Origin: a virus
Taxonomy: Duplodnaviria; Caudoviricetes
Virus record (IMG/VR): IMGVR_UViG_3300021185_003222
Coordinates: 1 to 59,096 of that record
Reading direction: 5' to 3' (one strand)
DNA: 59,096 bases
Shown piece after piece: positions 37,496 through 46,833 of this stretch (its first letter is position 1; each line of letters opens with the position of its first letter). The position numbers were made by a program, and so were the translations under genes. The notes beneath the pieces were generated by a model. It was not told the DNA's origin, did no database searches, and was given only the letters and a program-made list of their open reading frames with translations.

Positions 37496-37895
37496 ATTCT
37501 TTAGTAGCGTCAAATGATGGGCATGCTTTATTAGCAAACTCATTGTGTGAATAAATAGTAGCAAGCGGAAACATCGCCATTAGTGTTTTAAGGACATGTA
37601 ACAAGCTTTCTTTTTGTTCTGGTGTTCTTGTATCCTTAGGTGTCTTACCATCAGTCTCTACGCCGCCACAATAACATACCCCTATAGAATTTCTATTGTG
37701 ATTCTTGCAATGAGCCCCTGATCGATCTATATCTCTTCCTTTCCATATTTTACCATTTATATCAATGTAAAAATGATAACCTATGTCAGACCAACCACGT
37801 CCTTCAACGTGCCATTTTTTTATAGTATCTACTGTTATGTCTTGTCCTTCTCTAGTTGCAGAACAATGTATTATAATTTCGCTTATACTTCTCAT
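37482..37895 (-). CDS. Endolysin, N-acetylmuramoyl-L-alanine amidase (T7 lysozyme type)
   Basis: IIIHCSAT, GWSDIGYHF, GAHC, SIGVCY.GG, H....KACPSF zinc-amidase motifs. Confidence 0.92.
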   Translation of the reverse strand: MRSISEIIIHCSATREGQDITVDTIKKWHVEGRGWSDIGYHFYIDINGKIWKGRDIDRSGAHCKNHNRNSIGVCYCGGVETDGKTPKDTRTPEQKESLLHVLKTLMAMFPLATIYSHNEFANKACPSFDATKEYENL

Positions 37896-38047
37896 TTTCT
37901 TTTATTCATTAAGTACCACTTGTTAGCTGTGTAGCCAAGCGTCGTTAACAATAGCATTATAGATAATATAGGTTCTAGCCATCCAAGACCAACAACCGTA
38001 GCTGATGTTATATTTAAACAATACAGCTTTATATCTTCTAAGCCCAT
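37892..38047 (-). CDS. Putative holin (51 aa)
   Basis: Read manually: MGLEDIKLYCLNITSATVVGLGWLEPILSIMLLLTTLGYTANKWYLMNKRK; hydrophobic core, basic tail, ATGA overlap with endolysin. Confidence 0.65.
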   Translation of the reverse strand: MGLEDIKLYCLNITSATVVGLGWLEPILSIMLLLTTLGYTANKWYLMNKRK

Positions 38048-38232
38048 TATTTAACTCTCTGAGCGTTCAAAGCTGCATTACCTTTGTAGGTAGGAGCTTC
38101 TATCTTAAAGCCAGCGGTTACACCTAAGTGAACCATTTTTTTGTTTTCAGGTATACTGCATGAGCAAGAGTGGTCACATCCACAATCTTTTTTCATACCT
38201 GCAGGTTGTTGTATTTCTCCGTAACTTGGCAT
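38047..38232 (-). CDS. Small Cys-rich hypothetical protein
   Basis: 61 aa with DCGCDHSCSC. Confidence 0.55.
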   Translation of the reverse strand: MPSYGEIQQPAGMKKDCGCDHSCSCSIPENKKMVHLGVTAGFKIEAPTYKGNAALNAQRVK

Positions 38233-38246
38233 AACTATTTATTTAT

Positions 38247-38696
38247 TTATTTATAATTTTTAACGCATCCGGTTTTTTTAAGCGGATTACTTTTTGAAGA
38301 TACTACTTCTTTTGACTCACCATTTATACTTCCTTGATATGTTAGTCCAGAACCAGCACCACCACCTAATGTACTAATATCATAGGTGTTTTTTTCTACT
38401 GCTTCTTTTAATTCTGTTAAATCAGGTGCCTCACCTGTTTCACCTTCAGCGCTTTCAGCAGCCATATCTTGAGTTTCAAACACATCTTGACCAAGAACAG
38501 AGTTAGCACTTGTTTTTAGAGCATTACCAGCTCTAGCTTTAAAACCTTGTCCTTTTAAATCTTTATCTGCAAAACCTTTTACAAGTCCGACTCCGGCTTG
38601 TAAAGCTTTCCCTAGAAATGCAATTTTAGCTGGTGAATCTTCACTTACTTGATTGTATCTACCTGGCGAAGGTAATTTTTTCATGTTATATGACAT
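38247..38696 (-). CDS. Hypothetical low-complexity protein (possible internal head protein)
   Basis: 149 aa; SPAK and NPLKK motifs, amphipathic segment. Confidence 0.55.
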   Translation of the reverse strand: MSYNMKKLPSPGRYNQVSEDSPAKIAFLGKALQAGVGLVKGFADKDLKGQGFKARAGNALKTSANSVLGQDVFETQDMAAESAEGETGEAPDLTELKEAVEKNTYDISTLGGGAGSGLTYQGSINGESKEVVSSKSNPLKKTGCVKNYK

Positions 38697-38699
38697 ATC

Positions 38700-40499
38700 T
38701 TATGATTTAAATAAAGGGTTTTTACCATTATCTAACAAACCTGTACCTTTTCCACCACGAGCTTTTTTAGTTTTTACTTTAGGTTTTTTAACTTTTTTAG
38801 GTTTATTATTTTTATCTTTTATTTTATTCTCTTTTATAATTGGCTTTTCAACTTTTCTTTTAGTTGACTTACTAAGTCCGGAAGACGATGATTGAGGCGA
38901 TGATTTAGTTTTAGTTTTAGTTTTAGTTTTATAAATTTTATTAATTTTATCAACAGCTTCTTCTGTTGTTATTTTCCCTTTCTTTTTCTTAGCTATAACT
39001 TTATCACTTTTCTTTTGAGCTTTTTCATAATTATATTTATCCTGCGTGGTTTTGCCATTTATAGTGGCAGCGTAATTTCTATTTGCCACATCTCTATCCA
39101 CTTTAACGTCCTTAACGTTACTTGTGCTTGCTTTAGTATTTGAGTTAATAGATGGTTTTACAGCTTTAGCATTAAGTTTTTTGCTAGGATCAAGAGGTGA
39201 ATTAGCTAATTTGTTTTCAGCAGCGTTAACATCTTGCATTTTAATATCCTTAACATTGCTCGTATTTCCTTTTATGTTTGAATCTATTTTTGCAGAACCA
39301 GATAAAGGTTTAGATCTATTAGTATGCAATGCAGCGTTCTTCATATCTGGACCATTTCCAAGTGTACTACTAGAATTAACATCTGTTTTTCTAGTTTTAT
39401 TTAAACCCGCTTTAAGTCTAGTGTTGTTTATTATGTTAGTATAATGATTATAACCAGCTTCATCTCCTTCTTTTAAGCTAGCTTCTGCATATTTTTTCAT
39501 TTCATTTAAACCAGCTTTACTCCATGCAGTTTTAGCATTAGGATTACCAAAAGACTCAGCAGGTCTATAACTCATATCTGTAGGTATGTCAGATTTTTTA
39601 TTTAAATCAGCTTTAACACCACCTGTTACAGCTGGCTTTTCAACTTTAGGCTTATTAAAAGGGTTAGTATAAGTTACATCAGTTGGGCCACCTTCTTTGG
39701 GTCTATCTCTAACCCAAAGATTATCGTTTCTTTTAACATACTTTCCTCTTTTATTCTTTTCCCAATAATGCTTATTATGCATACTACCAAGACGAGTTTC
39801 ATTACCTATAACTGGCTTTTTAGAACCCTCACTTTGTTTAATAGCATTTTCAGCTGTATTAGAATTACTTTTGGACCCGCTAGGATTAGCAACAACATTT
39901 CCAGTGCTAGGATTTACTTTTGAAGTTTTATTTTCTTCTGCTTGAGCTAGTGAAGTTTCAGACTCTGTAGTTGATATTTCCATACCATTTATTTTTCCAG
40001 TTGCGGTTACAGCATTCTCAGTTGTAGGAGCTTTTCCACTTACAGGATCTGAACTAGAACCAGCTACAACTGTTGGAGTTCCTCCAACTGCATCGTACTT
40101 TTCAGTATCTTTTAAACTAACACCTTTAACACTACTAGAAACAGTTACGCTATCATCTTCTTTGTCTTTTTTAAAAGGTGATACCATAGCGAAAGGCGGT
40201 TGTGAGTTTTGTAAATGGCTGAAGTCACCTCCTGATTGGTCAGCATAAAAATCTTTTTGTTCAGCAGTCTCTTGAGTATTATTTTTTTGTTTATTAGAAA
40301 ACTTTGAAACTAATTTTTTTACAATTTCACCTTTTCCACCTGCACCACCTGCACCACCTGCACCACCTGCACCAGCTTTAGCTACAACACCTTTTATAGC
40401 AGGCAAAGCTTTAGCTACCAGCGCTCCTATAGCAGGAAGAGCTTTAACTGGGGCTGGTTTACTTTTTTGATACCTGTTATGTTTACTTAATCTAGACAT
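38700..40499 (-). CDS. Long K/S/N/T-rich disordered protein (possible internal head protein)
   Basis: 599 aa, low complexity, Gly-Ala linker, highly basic C-terminus. Confidence 0.6.
   Translation of the reverse strand: MSRLSKHNRYQKSKPAPVKALPAIGALVAKALPAIKGVVAKAGAGGAGGAGGAGGKGEIVKKLVSKFSNKQKNNTQETAEQKDFYADQSGGDFSHLQNSQPPFAMVSPFKKDKEDDSVTVSSSVKGVSLKDTEKYDAVGGTPTVVAGSSSDPVSGKAPTTENAVTATGKINGMEISTTESETSLAQAEENKTSKVNPSTGNVVANPSGSKSNSNTAENAIKQSEGSKKPVIGNETRLGSMHNKHYWEKNKRGKYVKRNDNLWVRDRPKEGGPTDVTYTNPFNKPKVEKPAVTGGVKADLNKKSDIPTDMSYRPAESFGNPNAKTAWSKAGLNEMKKYAEASLKEGDEAGYNHYTNIINNTRLKAGLNKTRKTDVNSSSTLGNGPDMKNAALHTNRSKPLSGSAKIDSNIKGNTSNVKDIKMQDVNAAENKLANSPLDPSKKLNAKAVKPSINSNTKASTSNVKDVKVDRDVANRNYAATINGKTTQDKYNYEKAQKKSDKVIAKKKKGKITTEEAVDKINKIYKTKTKTKTKSSPQSSSSGLSKSTKRKVEKPIIKENKIKDKNNKPKKVKKPKVKTKKARGGKGTGLLDNGKNPLFKS
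38904..38930. repeat. TTAGTT/TTTTAG hexamer tandem repeat (encodes KTKTKTK)
   Basis: About four hexamer units visible in the sequence. Confidence 0.7.
40336..40374. repeat. 9-nt tandem repeat CCACCTGCA (encodes AGG tripeptide repeats)
   Basis: Four perfect units. Confidence 0.8.
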
Positions 40500-40932
40500 A
40501 TCCTCTTGTTTTATCTTTATTTAAATAGTCAATTGACTTGGATATTACCTTATGGTTATATTTATTACCCTTGTCAATCTTCCCTTTTATTATGTCTTCT
40601 TCACCTAACATAATACGATACATTTTACTTATCAGCTGTTTACACTTTAAGGAAACTTTATATATATGATATTTTTGGGTTGTGCGATTTCTTTCTCTCC
40701 ACACTATAATCCACCCTTGTTTCAATAATCTGTTCCAGCGTCTATTATCCCAGCTGAATGAGTATGTACCTTTTTTAAAATCATCTTTTGTAAAATGCTG
40801 AATAGAGTCTAAATAAATTAGCAGCTCTAAATCAGCGTCGTTTAAATCATTGTTTTTGCAAGCCCACTTTCTTATAATCCTGTAGTGTTTTAATAAACCT
40901 ATTTCTTTTAAATCTGAAGAGGTTATTTTCAA
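40492..40932 (-). CDS. Winged-helix (MarR-like) DNA-binding protein, putative
   Basis: DLNDADLELLIYL...RLLKQGWI...YKVSLKCKQLI pattern. Confidence 0.5.
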   Translation of the reverse strand: MKITSSDLKEIGLLKHYRIIRKWACKNNDLNDADLELLIYLDSIQHFTKDDFKKGTYSFSWDNRRWNRLLKQGWIIVWRERNRTTQKYHIYKVSLKCKQLISKMYRIMLGEEDIIKGKIDKGNKYNHKVISKSIDYLNKDKTRGYV

Positions 40933-41549
40933 AGTACTGGTTTTTCAATTTTATCTCCTCCTGGTATTTTTCTCGATGTCTTTTTACCTGATGCGCTCAC
41001 GACACCTTCCCCAATACCAAAAGGTTCGTTTGGCATATCATTTGTCAGATCGCCTTGCTTTCTGCGTGATGGCTCAGAATTAGCACCTTCGGTTTGTTTT
41101 CTTGTTTTAGGTTTTGAAGGCTTACTTGTAGTTGTAGTTGTATTTGAAGTAGTAGAAGAGTTATCCACCTGATGTACAGAGTTGTCAGTAGAGATATTGA
41201 TTCCCATTTTAGGCTTATCTCTCATTATTTGAATATCCATAGCTCTTGAAGTATTTTTATCAGCTACGCTTTCATGACCTTCAATTTGAGCAACTGTATT
41301 TCTAGTATCAGCTTTAATAAGCTTTCTGTTCATTTTGTTAGCAAACGATCTTTCCCTAGCATTACTAACAGTGTTAAAGAAATTTCCTATTTTCTCTTTT
41401 CTATTTTGCTTTAACATGTTTCTTTCATCAGCAGCTGAACCATCTCGCTCATTTACTTCTATACCTTTTTTCTTTAGCTTATTTTGCTTCTTTATTTCTC
41501 TAGCAGCTTCTTTTTCTTCAAATGATTTTTTCTTTCCAAAATATCCCAT
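40929..41549 (-). CDS. Basic low-complexity hypothetical protein
   Basis: 206-aa ORF co-oriented with the operon. Confidence 0.55.
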   Translation of the reverse strand: MGYFGKKKSFEEKEAAREIKKQNKLKKKGIEVNERDGSAADERNMLKQNRKEKIGNFFNTVSNARERSFANKMNRKLIKADTRNTVAQIEGHESVADKNTSRAMDIQIMRDKPKMGINISTDNSVHQVDNSSTTSNTTTTTSKPSKPKTRKQTEGANSEPSRRKQGDLTNDMPNEPFGIGEGVVSASGKKTSRKIPGGDKIEKPVL

Positions 41550-41552
41550 ATC

Positions 41553-41813
41553 TTAAATTATTACAACAATGTCTGTTTCTTTTATTACTTTGTATTTTTC
41601 TTTATTTATTTCAATATTAAACCCAGCTGCTTTGTCATAATAAACTTCATCATCTTTGTTTAATAATTTAACATCAGAGCCAGGTTCTACAACCTTAGCT
41701 CTTCTGTATCTAATATCTTCTCTTTGCTTCTCAGCCAAGATCAAACCTCCTTTTGTAGTCATATCAGTTTCTTTGATAGGATCTATAACTATATACTTAC
41801 CTACTGCTTTCAT
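41553..41813 (-). CDS. groES: Co-chaperonin GroES
   Basis: MKAVGKYIVI, TKGGLIL mobile loop, KVVEPG, YKVIKETDIVVII; adjacent to groEL. Confidence 0.9.
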   Translation of the reverse strand: MKAVGKYIVIDPIKETDMTTKGGLILAEKQREDIRYRRAKVVEPGSDVKLLNKDDEVYYDKAAGFNIEINKEKYKVIKETDIVVII

Positions 41814-43354
41814 GCTCTAATGTTGTTAATAACACAATCAGTTGACAGTATAGTTGTAGCTACTGAAGCTGCATTTTGTAAAGCACTTTTTGTAACTAAC
41901 ATTGGGTCTATTATACCAGCCTTTATCATATCTACAGGTTCACCTGTAACTACGTTAATACCTTCTCCGTCACTTAGTTTTTTTAACTCATCAATACCAG
42001 CATTTTTAAGTATTAATTCATAAGGTTTTCTTATTGCTGAGTACAGCACTTCTTCACCTATGCATGTTGGTTTTAAATTAAAACTAGCATTTAATAAAGC
42101 AACTCCACCACCACAAACTATTCCTTCTTTAATAGCTGCTTTTGTAGCACAAATTGCATCTTCAACTCTATCTAGTTTTTCTTTTAGTTCTATTTCAGAA
42201 TTAGCACCTACTTTAACTGTAGCTACTTTAGCTTTTAATTTTGCTAATCTTTTTTCTAATCTAACTAAAATATTAGGGTTTTTAGTTTCTTTAATTTGCT
42301 TTTCAAGTAAAACAACTGTTTCTTTAACTTTGTTGTTATTTGAAAGATCAACTTGTAATATAGTTTCTTCATTATTAGTAACGGATTTAATGCACGTGCC
42401 TAGATGTTCTTCTTGGATAATATCCATATCGTCACCAAGGTTCTCGTTAATAAGTGTAGCGCCAGTAACAGCACATAGATCGCTTAACACGTCTTTCTTG
42501 CTGATTCCATATATTGGCGCATCTACGATATTGACCTTTATATTACCCTTCTTTTTATTCATGGCCAACGCGGAAACTACTTGTGGGTCAACATCTGCAA
42601 TGATAAGAAGACTCTTACCATTTTTTATAATAAATTCAAGGATTGACTGAATCTTCCGCACGTTGGGTATTACTGATTCAACGATTAGAACCAACGGATT
42701 TTCAAGTTCAGCCGTTCCTTTTTCTAGATTGGTAATAAAATGGTTGTTCTTTAATGCTTGGTCATATTGAACACCCTCTATTAATTCTACGACAGTTTCA
42801 GGTTGTTCGTTTGTTTCCATCATAACAACACCGGTTTCGTCCACTAACCTAAATGCTTCTCCTATAACCTTGCCTAGCTTCTTATCATTATTAGCTGATA
42901 TAGTAGCTACTTGGTCTATTTTTTTTCCTTTTACTTTTTTGCTATTTTTAGCTAAATACTTTACAACGTTTTCGACGCCAGAATTTATACCATTTCTCAT
43001 GGTTCTTTGATCATCTAATAACGAATGTTCTGTAGCTTGGTCTAAAATAGCTTTTGCTAACACTGTTGCTGTAGTTGTACCGTCACCAGCATCTGATACT
43101 GTACGTTGCGCAGCTTGTTTAATAAGTGTAGCTCCAATATTTTCTAATGGATCTCTCAATGTGATGCTATTAGCAACTGTTACTCCATCTTTTGTTATTT
43201 GTGGTGCGCCATTGCCATCTTCTAGTATAACACATTTTCCACTTGCTCCTAGTGTTGATCCTACTGCATTAGTAAGTTTTTCAACACCAGTTAAGATCTG
43301 ACTTCTAGCAGTATCGCCAAAAGCCAGCTCTTTAACTAACTTTAATTCTTGCAT
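41810..43354 (-). CDS. groEL: Phage chaperonin GroEL
   Basis: ITKDGVTVA, AGDGTTTATVLA, ATISANND, RVEDAICATKAA..EGIV.GGG; no C-terminal GGM tail. Confidence 0.96.
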   Translation of the reverse strand: MQELKLVKELAFGDTARSQILTGVEKLTNAVGSTLGASGKCVILEDGNGAPQITKDGVTVANSITLRDPLENIGATLIKQAAQRTVSDAGDGTTTATVLAKAILDQATEHSLLDDQRTMRNGINSGVENVVKYLAKNSKKVKGKKIDQVATISANNDKKLGKVIGEAFRLVDETGVVMMETNEQPETVVELIEGVQYDQALKNNHFITNLEKGTAELENPLVLIVESVIPNVRKIQSILEFIIKNGKSLLIIADVDPQVVSALAMNKKKGNIKVNIVDAPIYGISKKDVLSDLCAVTGATLINENLGDDMDIIQEEHLGTCIKSVTNNEETILQVDLSNNNKVKETVVLLEKQIKETKNPNILVRLEKRLAKLKAKVATVKVGANSEIELKEKLDRVEDAICATKAAIKEGIVCGGGVALLNASFNLKPTCIGEEVLYSAIRKPYELILKNAGIDELKKLSDGEGINVVTGEPVDMIKAGIIDPMLVTKSALQNAASVATTILSTDCVINNIRA

Positions 43355-43388
43355 TTAATATAATTTGATATGATTGATTTTGAATATT

Positions 43389-43679
43389 TTACTCGAAGGT
43401 TTTAACTACTTTCGGTCCTTTGGTAAACTCTAGCTTTTTAGCATAATGTTCAATAGAAGCATCTATTGCTTGTTCTGCTCCAGCTATTGTTTCTCTTCTG
43501 GTAACATCGATCCAATCTTCTGAATCGATAGATTTATATTCGGTTTGTAAAAATCCATTTGGTAATTGAACTATCCTCCAGTTTTTCTTCTGTGAAATAT
43601 GTTTCCAATAATTAATGGTTTCTTCGTTTGGTTGTGGTGCACTATTCCACGTGTTAGTACGGGTATATAAAAACGTCAT
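43389..43679 (-). CDS. Conserved hypothetical protein
   Basis: 96 aa; first gene of the groEL transcription unit. Confidence 0.65.
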   Translation of the reverse strand: MTFLYTRTNTWNSAPQPNEETINYWKHISQKKNWRIVQLPNGFLQTEYKSIDSEDWIDVTRRETIAGAEQAIDASIEHYAKKLEFTKGPKVVKTFE

Positions 43680-43718
43680 TGTATTTGGTTTTAAGTTAAA
43701 CGTTGGTTATTTATTAGT

Positions 43719-43743
43719 ATCACTTGTAAAAGTGATTTTCTAC
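43719..43743 (-). promoter_or_regulatory. Putative late promoter containing an inverted repeat
   Basis: GTAGAAAATCACTTTTACAAGTGAT; contains the ATCACTT-N4-AAGTGAT inverted repeat. Confidence 0.5.
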
Positions 43744-43746
43744 ATT

Positions 43747-45348
43747 TTATCCTGCAGTAGCGTAGTCATTATAAGCGTAAGCCATTAAACCAGGTCCTGC
43801 AGCGACAAACTCGTATAGTTGAAAATATGCTGAACCAGCTGTTCCCATAGGTGTGCTTGTTGATGAATCAGGCCAATAAACATTACTTCCAAAATTAAAA
43901 GTACCATTACTGTTATTTCTTTTTACTATAACACTGTATCTAGCACCAGATTTAACGTTGGTAGTGCAATTTATAACTATATTTCCTGACGTATGTGTCA
44001 ATAACACTTCTTGAACATTCCCATCTTTCCAATCAATAGTAAAAGTTGCATTTTTATTTGGTATACTATTTTTTATTGAGTATAATTGGTTGTTGGTAGA
44101 AAGCGGGCCAGTTAAAGCTAAACCATTTGTTTGTTCCATTGTTATAGAACTACTACCTGTGAACTTTAAGTTGTAATTACCACTTGCAAACGTTCTATTT
44201 CCAGTTGAGGTGAGATTATTAGTAGCTAAATTAGTATCATTACCGGAAGATACAGTTTGCCACGTTCCGTCTTTTCTTAAAAATGAGTTACCATGAGTAG
44301 AGCTACCTGCTAAAACTAAACCAGCAGCGTAACTGTTTCCACTACCCATAATATCATAAGTAGTGTCAGACCAGGGTACATCTACAAAAGCCTTTTCGTT
44401 GTCTAATTCTAAAGCATATTTTTTACTAGCAGTAGTGTATCCAATTTGTATACCTCCTCTTGTTCCACTAGCTGCTAAAGGTACTGAGCTACCTGAAGGA
44501 GTAGCTATCCATGATAAAGCACCTGATCCATTTGACTCAAGTATTTGGTTGGCTACGTTAGGTAAAGTTTTTGGTAATTTTAAAGTATAAGGAACAGCAG
44601 CATCATGATCTGGACCTTCTATTGTTACAGCATGAGGTGTAGTTTGATCTTTACAAAATATTTTTAATTTTCCAGCATTTGTACCATCTCCTTTTATCGA
44701 TACGGTGTTTTCTACTGATAATTCCTTAGATGAAAAAGTAAATTCGTCAGAACCACTAAGACCATTATTTAGTTTAAATTGAACATAATAATCAGATCCA
44801 ACGGGCGTAATACCAGCTTGAGTAGCCCAAGTGTTGTCACCTCTTAAAAATTGAGTTTGTTTAACTGCGACATCGCTACTTAATCCAGTGGCTGACAAAT
44901 CTATAGTTCCCATTGTGACTGCTCCAGCTGCAGTGGAGTTTTCTGTTCCTGCAGATACAAAAGTACCATTAGTATTAGTAAAGGTAGATACGCCACCACT
45001 ACTAGCCATCCACTTTGCGTTACCGTTAGAATCTTTAGTTAATACATGTCCAACTGTAGCCGCACTAATAGCAGTTAGATCATCTATGGCTTCTTGAGCA
45101 GTTGTTTTACCTGTACCACCGTTAGCTACATTTAACGTGCCTGACAGGGTTACAACGCCAACAGTGTTGTTTGAAGGTAGTAATCCAGTTGTTCCTGCTG
45201 AAAAACTAGCAACGTCTCCACTAGCGCCTGGCAAATCACCAATTGTTATTTGTTTAGTTTCTAATTCTTCTGACTCAGAGTCTGTTATCAGTAACTGATC
45301 GCCACTTACAACATTCGCCTTTATTGGATAATTATGTATTATTGCCAT
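43747..45348 (-). CDS. Tail fibre protein
   Basis: G/S/T-rich; FLRGDNTW and FLRKDGTW fibre repeats; GGIQIGY...VPW module. Confidence 0.75.
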   Translation of the reverse strand: MAIIHNYPIKANVVSGDQLLITDSESEELETKQITIGDLPGASGDVASFSAGTTGLLPSNNTVGVVTLSGTLNVANGGTGKTTAQEAIDDLTAISAATVGHVLTKDSNGNAKWMASSGGVSTFTNTNGTFVSAGTENSTAAGAVTMGTIDLSATGLSSDVAVKQTQFLRGDNTWATQAGITPVGSDYYVQFKLNNGLSGSDEFTFSSKELSVENTVSIKGDGTNAGKLKIFCKDQTTPHAVTIEGPDHDAAVPYTLKLPKTLPNVANQILESNGSGALSWIATPSGSSVPLAASGTRGGIQIGYTTASKKYALELDNEKAFVDVPWSDTTYDIMGSGNSYAAGLVLAGSSTHGNSFLRKDGTWQTVSSGNDTNLATNNLTSTGNRTFASGNYNLKFTGSSSITMEQTNGLALTGPLSTNNQLYSIKNSIPNKNATFTIDWKDGNVQEVLLTHTSGNIVINCTTNVKSGARYSVIVKRNNSNGTFNFGSNVYWPDSSTSTPMGTAGSAYFQLYEFVAAGPGLMAYAYNDYATAG

Positions 45349-45772
45349 TTTTATATTTTGTTTTTTTGAATTTTTTTATCTCATTTTTGTTACCCGGATA
45401 ATACTCGTTAGTTATTAAAGAGTATTTAGGTAGATCATATGTTTCACCAAACTGTGCCCAAGTATTAGTTTTTATTTTTGATGCTAAATGAAATGTTATA
45501 TCCATAATAAACCAATTACCAAGTTCGTTTTCTGGATTATATATACCATTTACATAGCTAGTAATTTCAGCTGGCTGCAACTGGCAACATGGACATCTTT
45601 TTATTTCGTTAACATAAATACCTACGTCAATGTCAGACTTAGCAGTGAAATCACTACTAACTCTACTTCCGTATACAACTATGTCTACGTACTCTTTATT
45701 TCCTAATACTTCTAATATTCTATTTAGTAGTTTAGCTTTGTCTTGGTCGTTCCAGTCTTGTATTAACATCAT
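45332..45772 (-). CDS. Minimal nucleotidyltransferase (Pol beta superfamily, MNT-like)
   Basis: IVVYGSRV....TAKSDIDVGIY = hG[GS]x(9-13)DhD signature, plus later MDIT third acidic residue. Confidence 0.75.
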   Translation of the reverse strand: MMLIQDWNDQDKAKLLNRILEVLGNKEYVDIVVYGSRVSSDFTAKSDIDVGIYVNEIKRCPCCQLQPAEITSYVNGIYNPENELGNWFIMDITFHLASKIKTNTWAQFGETYDLPKYSLITNEYYPGNKNEIKKFKKTKYKNGNNT

Positions 45773-46764
45773 GTAGAAATCCCTGTTACAATACCGTCTT
45801 TAATAGTAAATGTTAAAGATGCGGAGTTGTTTCCATTTCTAACCGTAAAGGTAGATGTTACACCAGTTGAATTATCAGAAGAGTTGTATTTAGCTCTTAT
45901 TGTTCCTTGCCCAACACTCGTTCCATTGTCAACTGTGCATGTAGTTCCATTTATAACTATTGATGGAGATGAATCATTTGCTGGTCCTCTTAATTTTAAA
46001 GATCCAGTCCCTGCTCCTACCAAAGTGTTAGTACCATCAAATATCATAGCGTATTCTAGACCTGACATATTTTTTGTACCTATGAAACCATAAGAACTAG
46101 AATGTGCCCAAGTACCTATTTCCACACCACCATCAGGTCCTGGAAACCTTGTATTTTCACTAAAAGTTTTAGTTCCAGCTATTGTTTGATTTGTTGTTGT
46201 AAGTACCGCACCTGAAAGTGAAGTTAAATAACCAGCTCCATTATCTAACTCGCTGTTATCTGTAGGTATTGTAGCGCTACTAAAAGCGTTAGTTCCTAAA
46301 TCTTTTTTTACAACAGCTCCAGACTCTTCAAATAAAGCGCTTACTGTTTCTGACGATGCTGTTGCAATACTGCTTAATGTTAAAGTATTAACATAAGAAC
46401 CTGTTGAATAAATATCACCCCATGGTCTAGTAGAACTACCTAAATCTAATTTATTAGTATTTGTACCTATACTAGCTAAAGAAGTACCATTTACTCTAAT
46501 ACCATCATAATTATTACCATTAACATATATTTGACCATCTTCGTCAAAATACAAACCATTGCCAGTTGCATCACTTCTAATATGAAGTTTTGCGGTAGAT
46601 GCTCTAGATGCAATTGTTAATGTTGGATCACCATTAGAGTAGCTAAATATAAGTCTACCTTGTTGATCTTTGTCTGGTTCATTAATTGTAAATGCATTAC
46701 CACTATCTAAGTTTATAGTAGTACCTCCATTTATTGTTACGTCTGATAAAAAGCTTATTGCCAT
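45769..46764 (-). CDS. Tail fibre/receptor-binding protein
   Basis: DLGSSTRPWGDIY, QTIAGTKTF fibre motifs; ends TIKDGIVT. Confidence 0.7.
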   Translation of the reverse strand: MAISFLSDVTINGGTTINLDSGNAFTINEPDKDQQGRLIFSYSNGDPTLTIASRASTAKLHIRSDATGNGLYFDEDGQIYVNGNNYDGIRVNGTSLASIGTNTNKLDLGSSTRPWGDIYSTGSYVNTLTLSSIATASSETVSALFEESGAVVKKDLGTNAFSSATIPTDNSELDNGAGYLTSLSGAVLTTTNQTIAGTKTFSENTRFPGPDGGVEIGTWAHSSSYGFIGTKNMSGLEYAMIFDGTNTLVGAGTGSLKLRGPANDSSPSIVINGTTCTVDNGTSVGQGTIRAKYNSSDNSTGVTSTFTVRNGNNSASLTFTIKDGIVTGIST

Positions 46765-46788
46765 TTGATTTGATTTAATTATTAATAA

Positions 46789-46814
46789 AGTGGCGCTGGA
46801 TTAACAACGCCACT
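46789..46814 (-). terminator. Intergenic hairpin (attenuator or mRNA stabiliser)
   Basis: Minus strand AGTGGCGTTG-TTAATC-CAGCGCCACT followed by TTATT. Confidence 0.65.
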
Positions 46815-46833
46815 ATAGTTTTTGTTTTATAAA

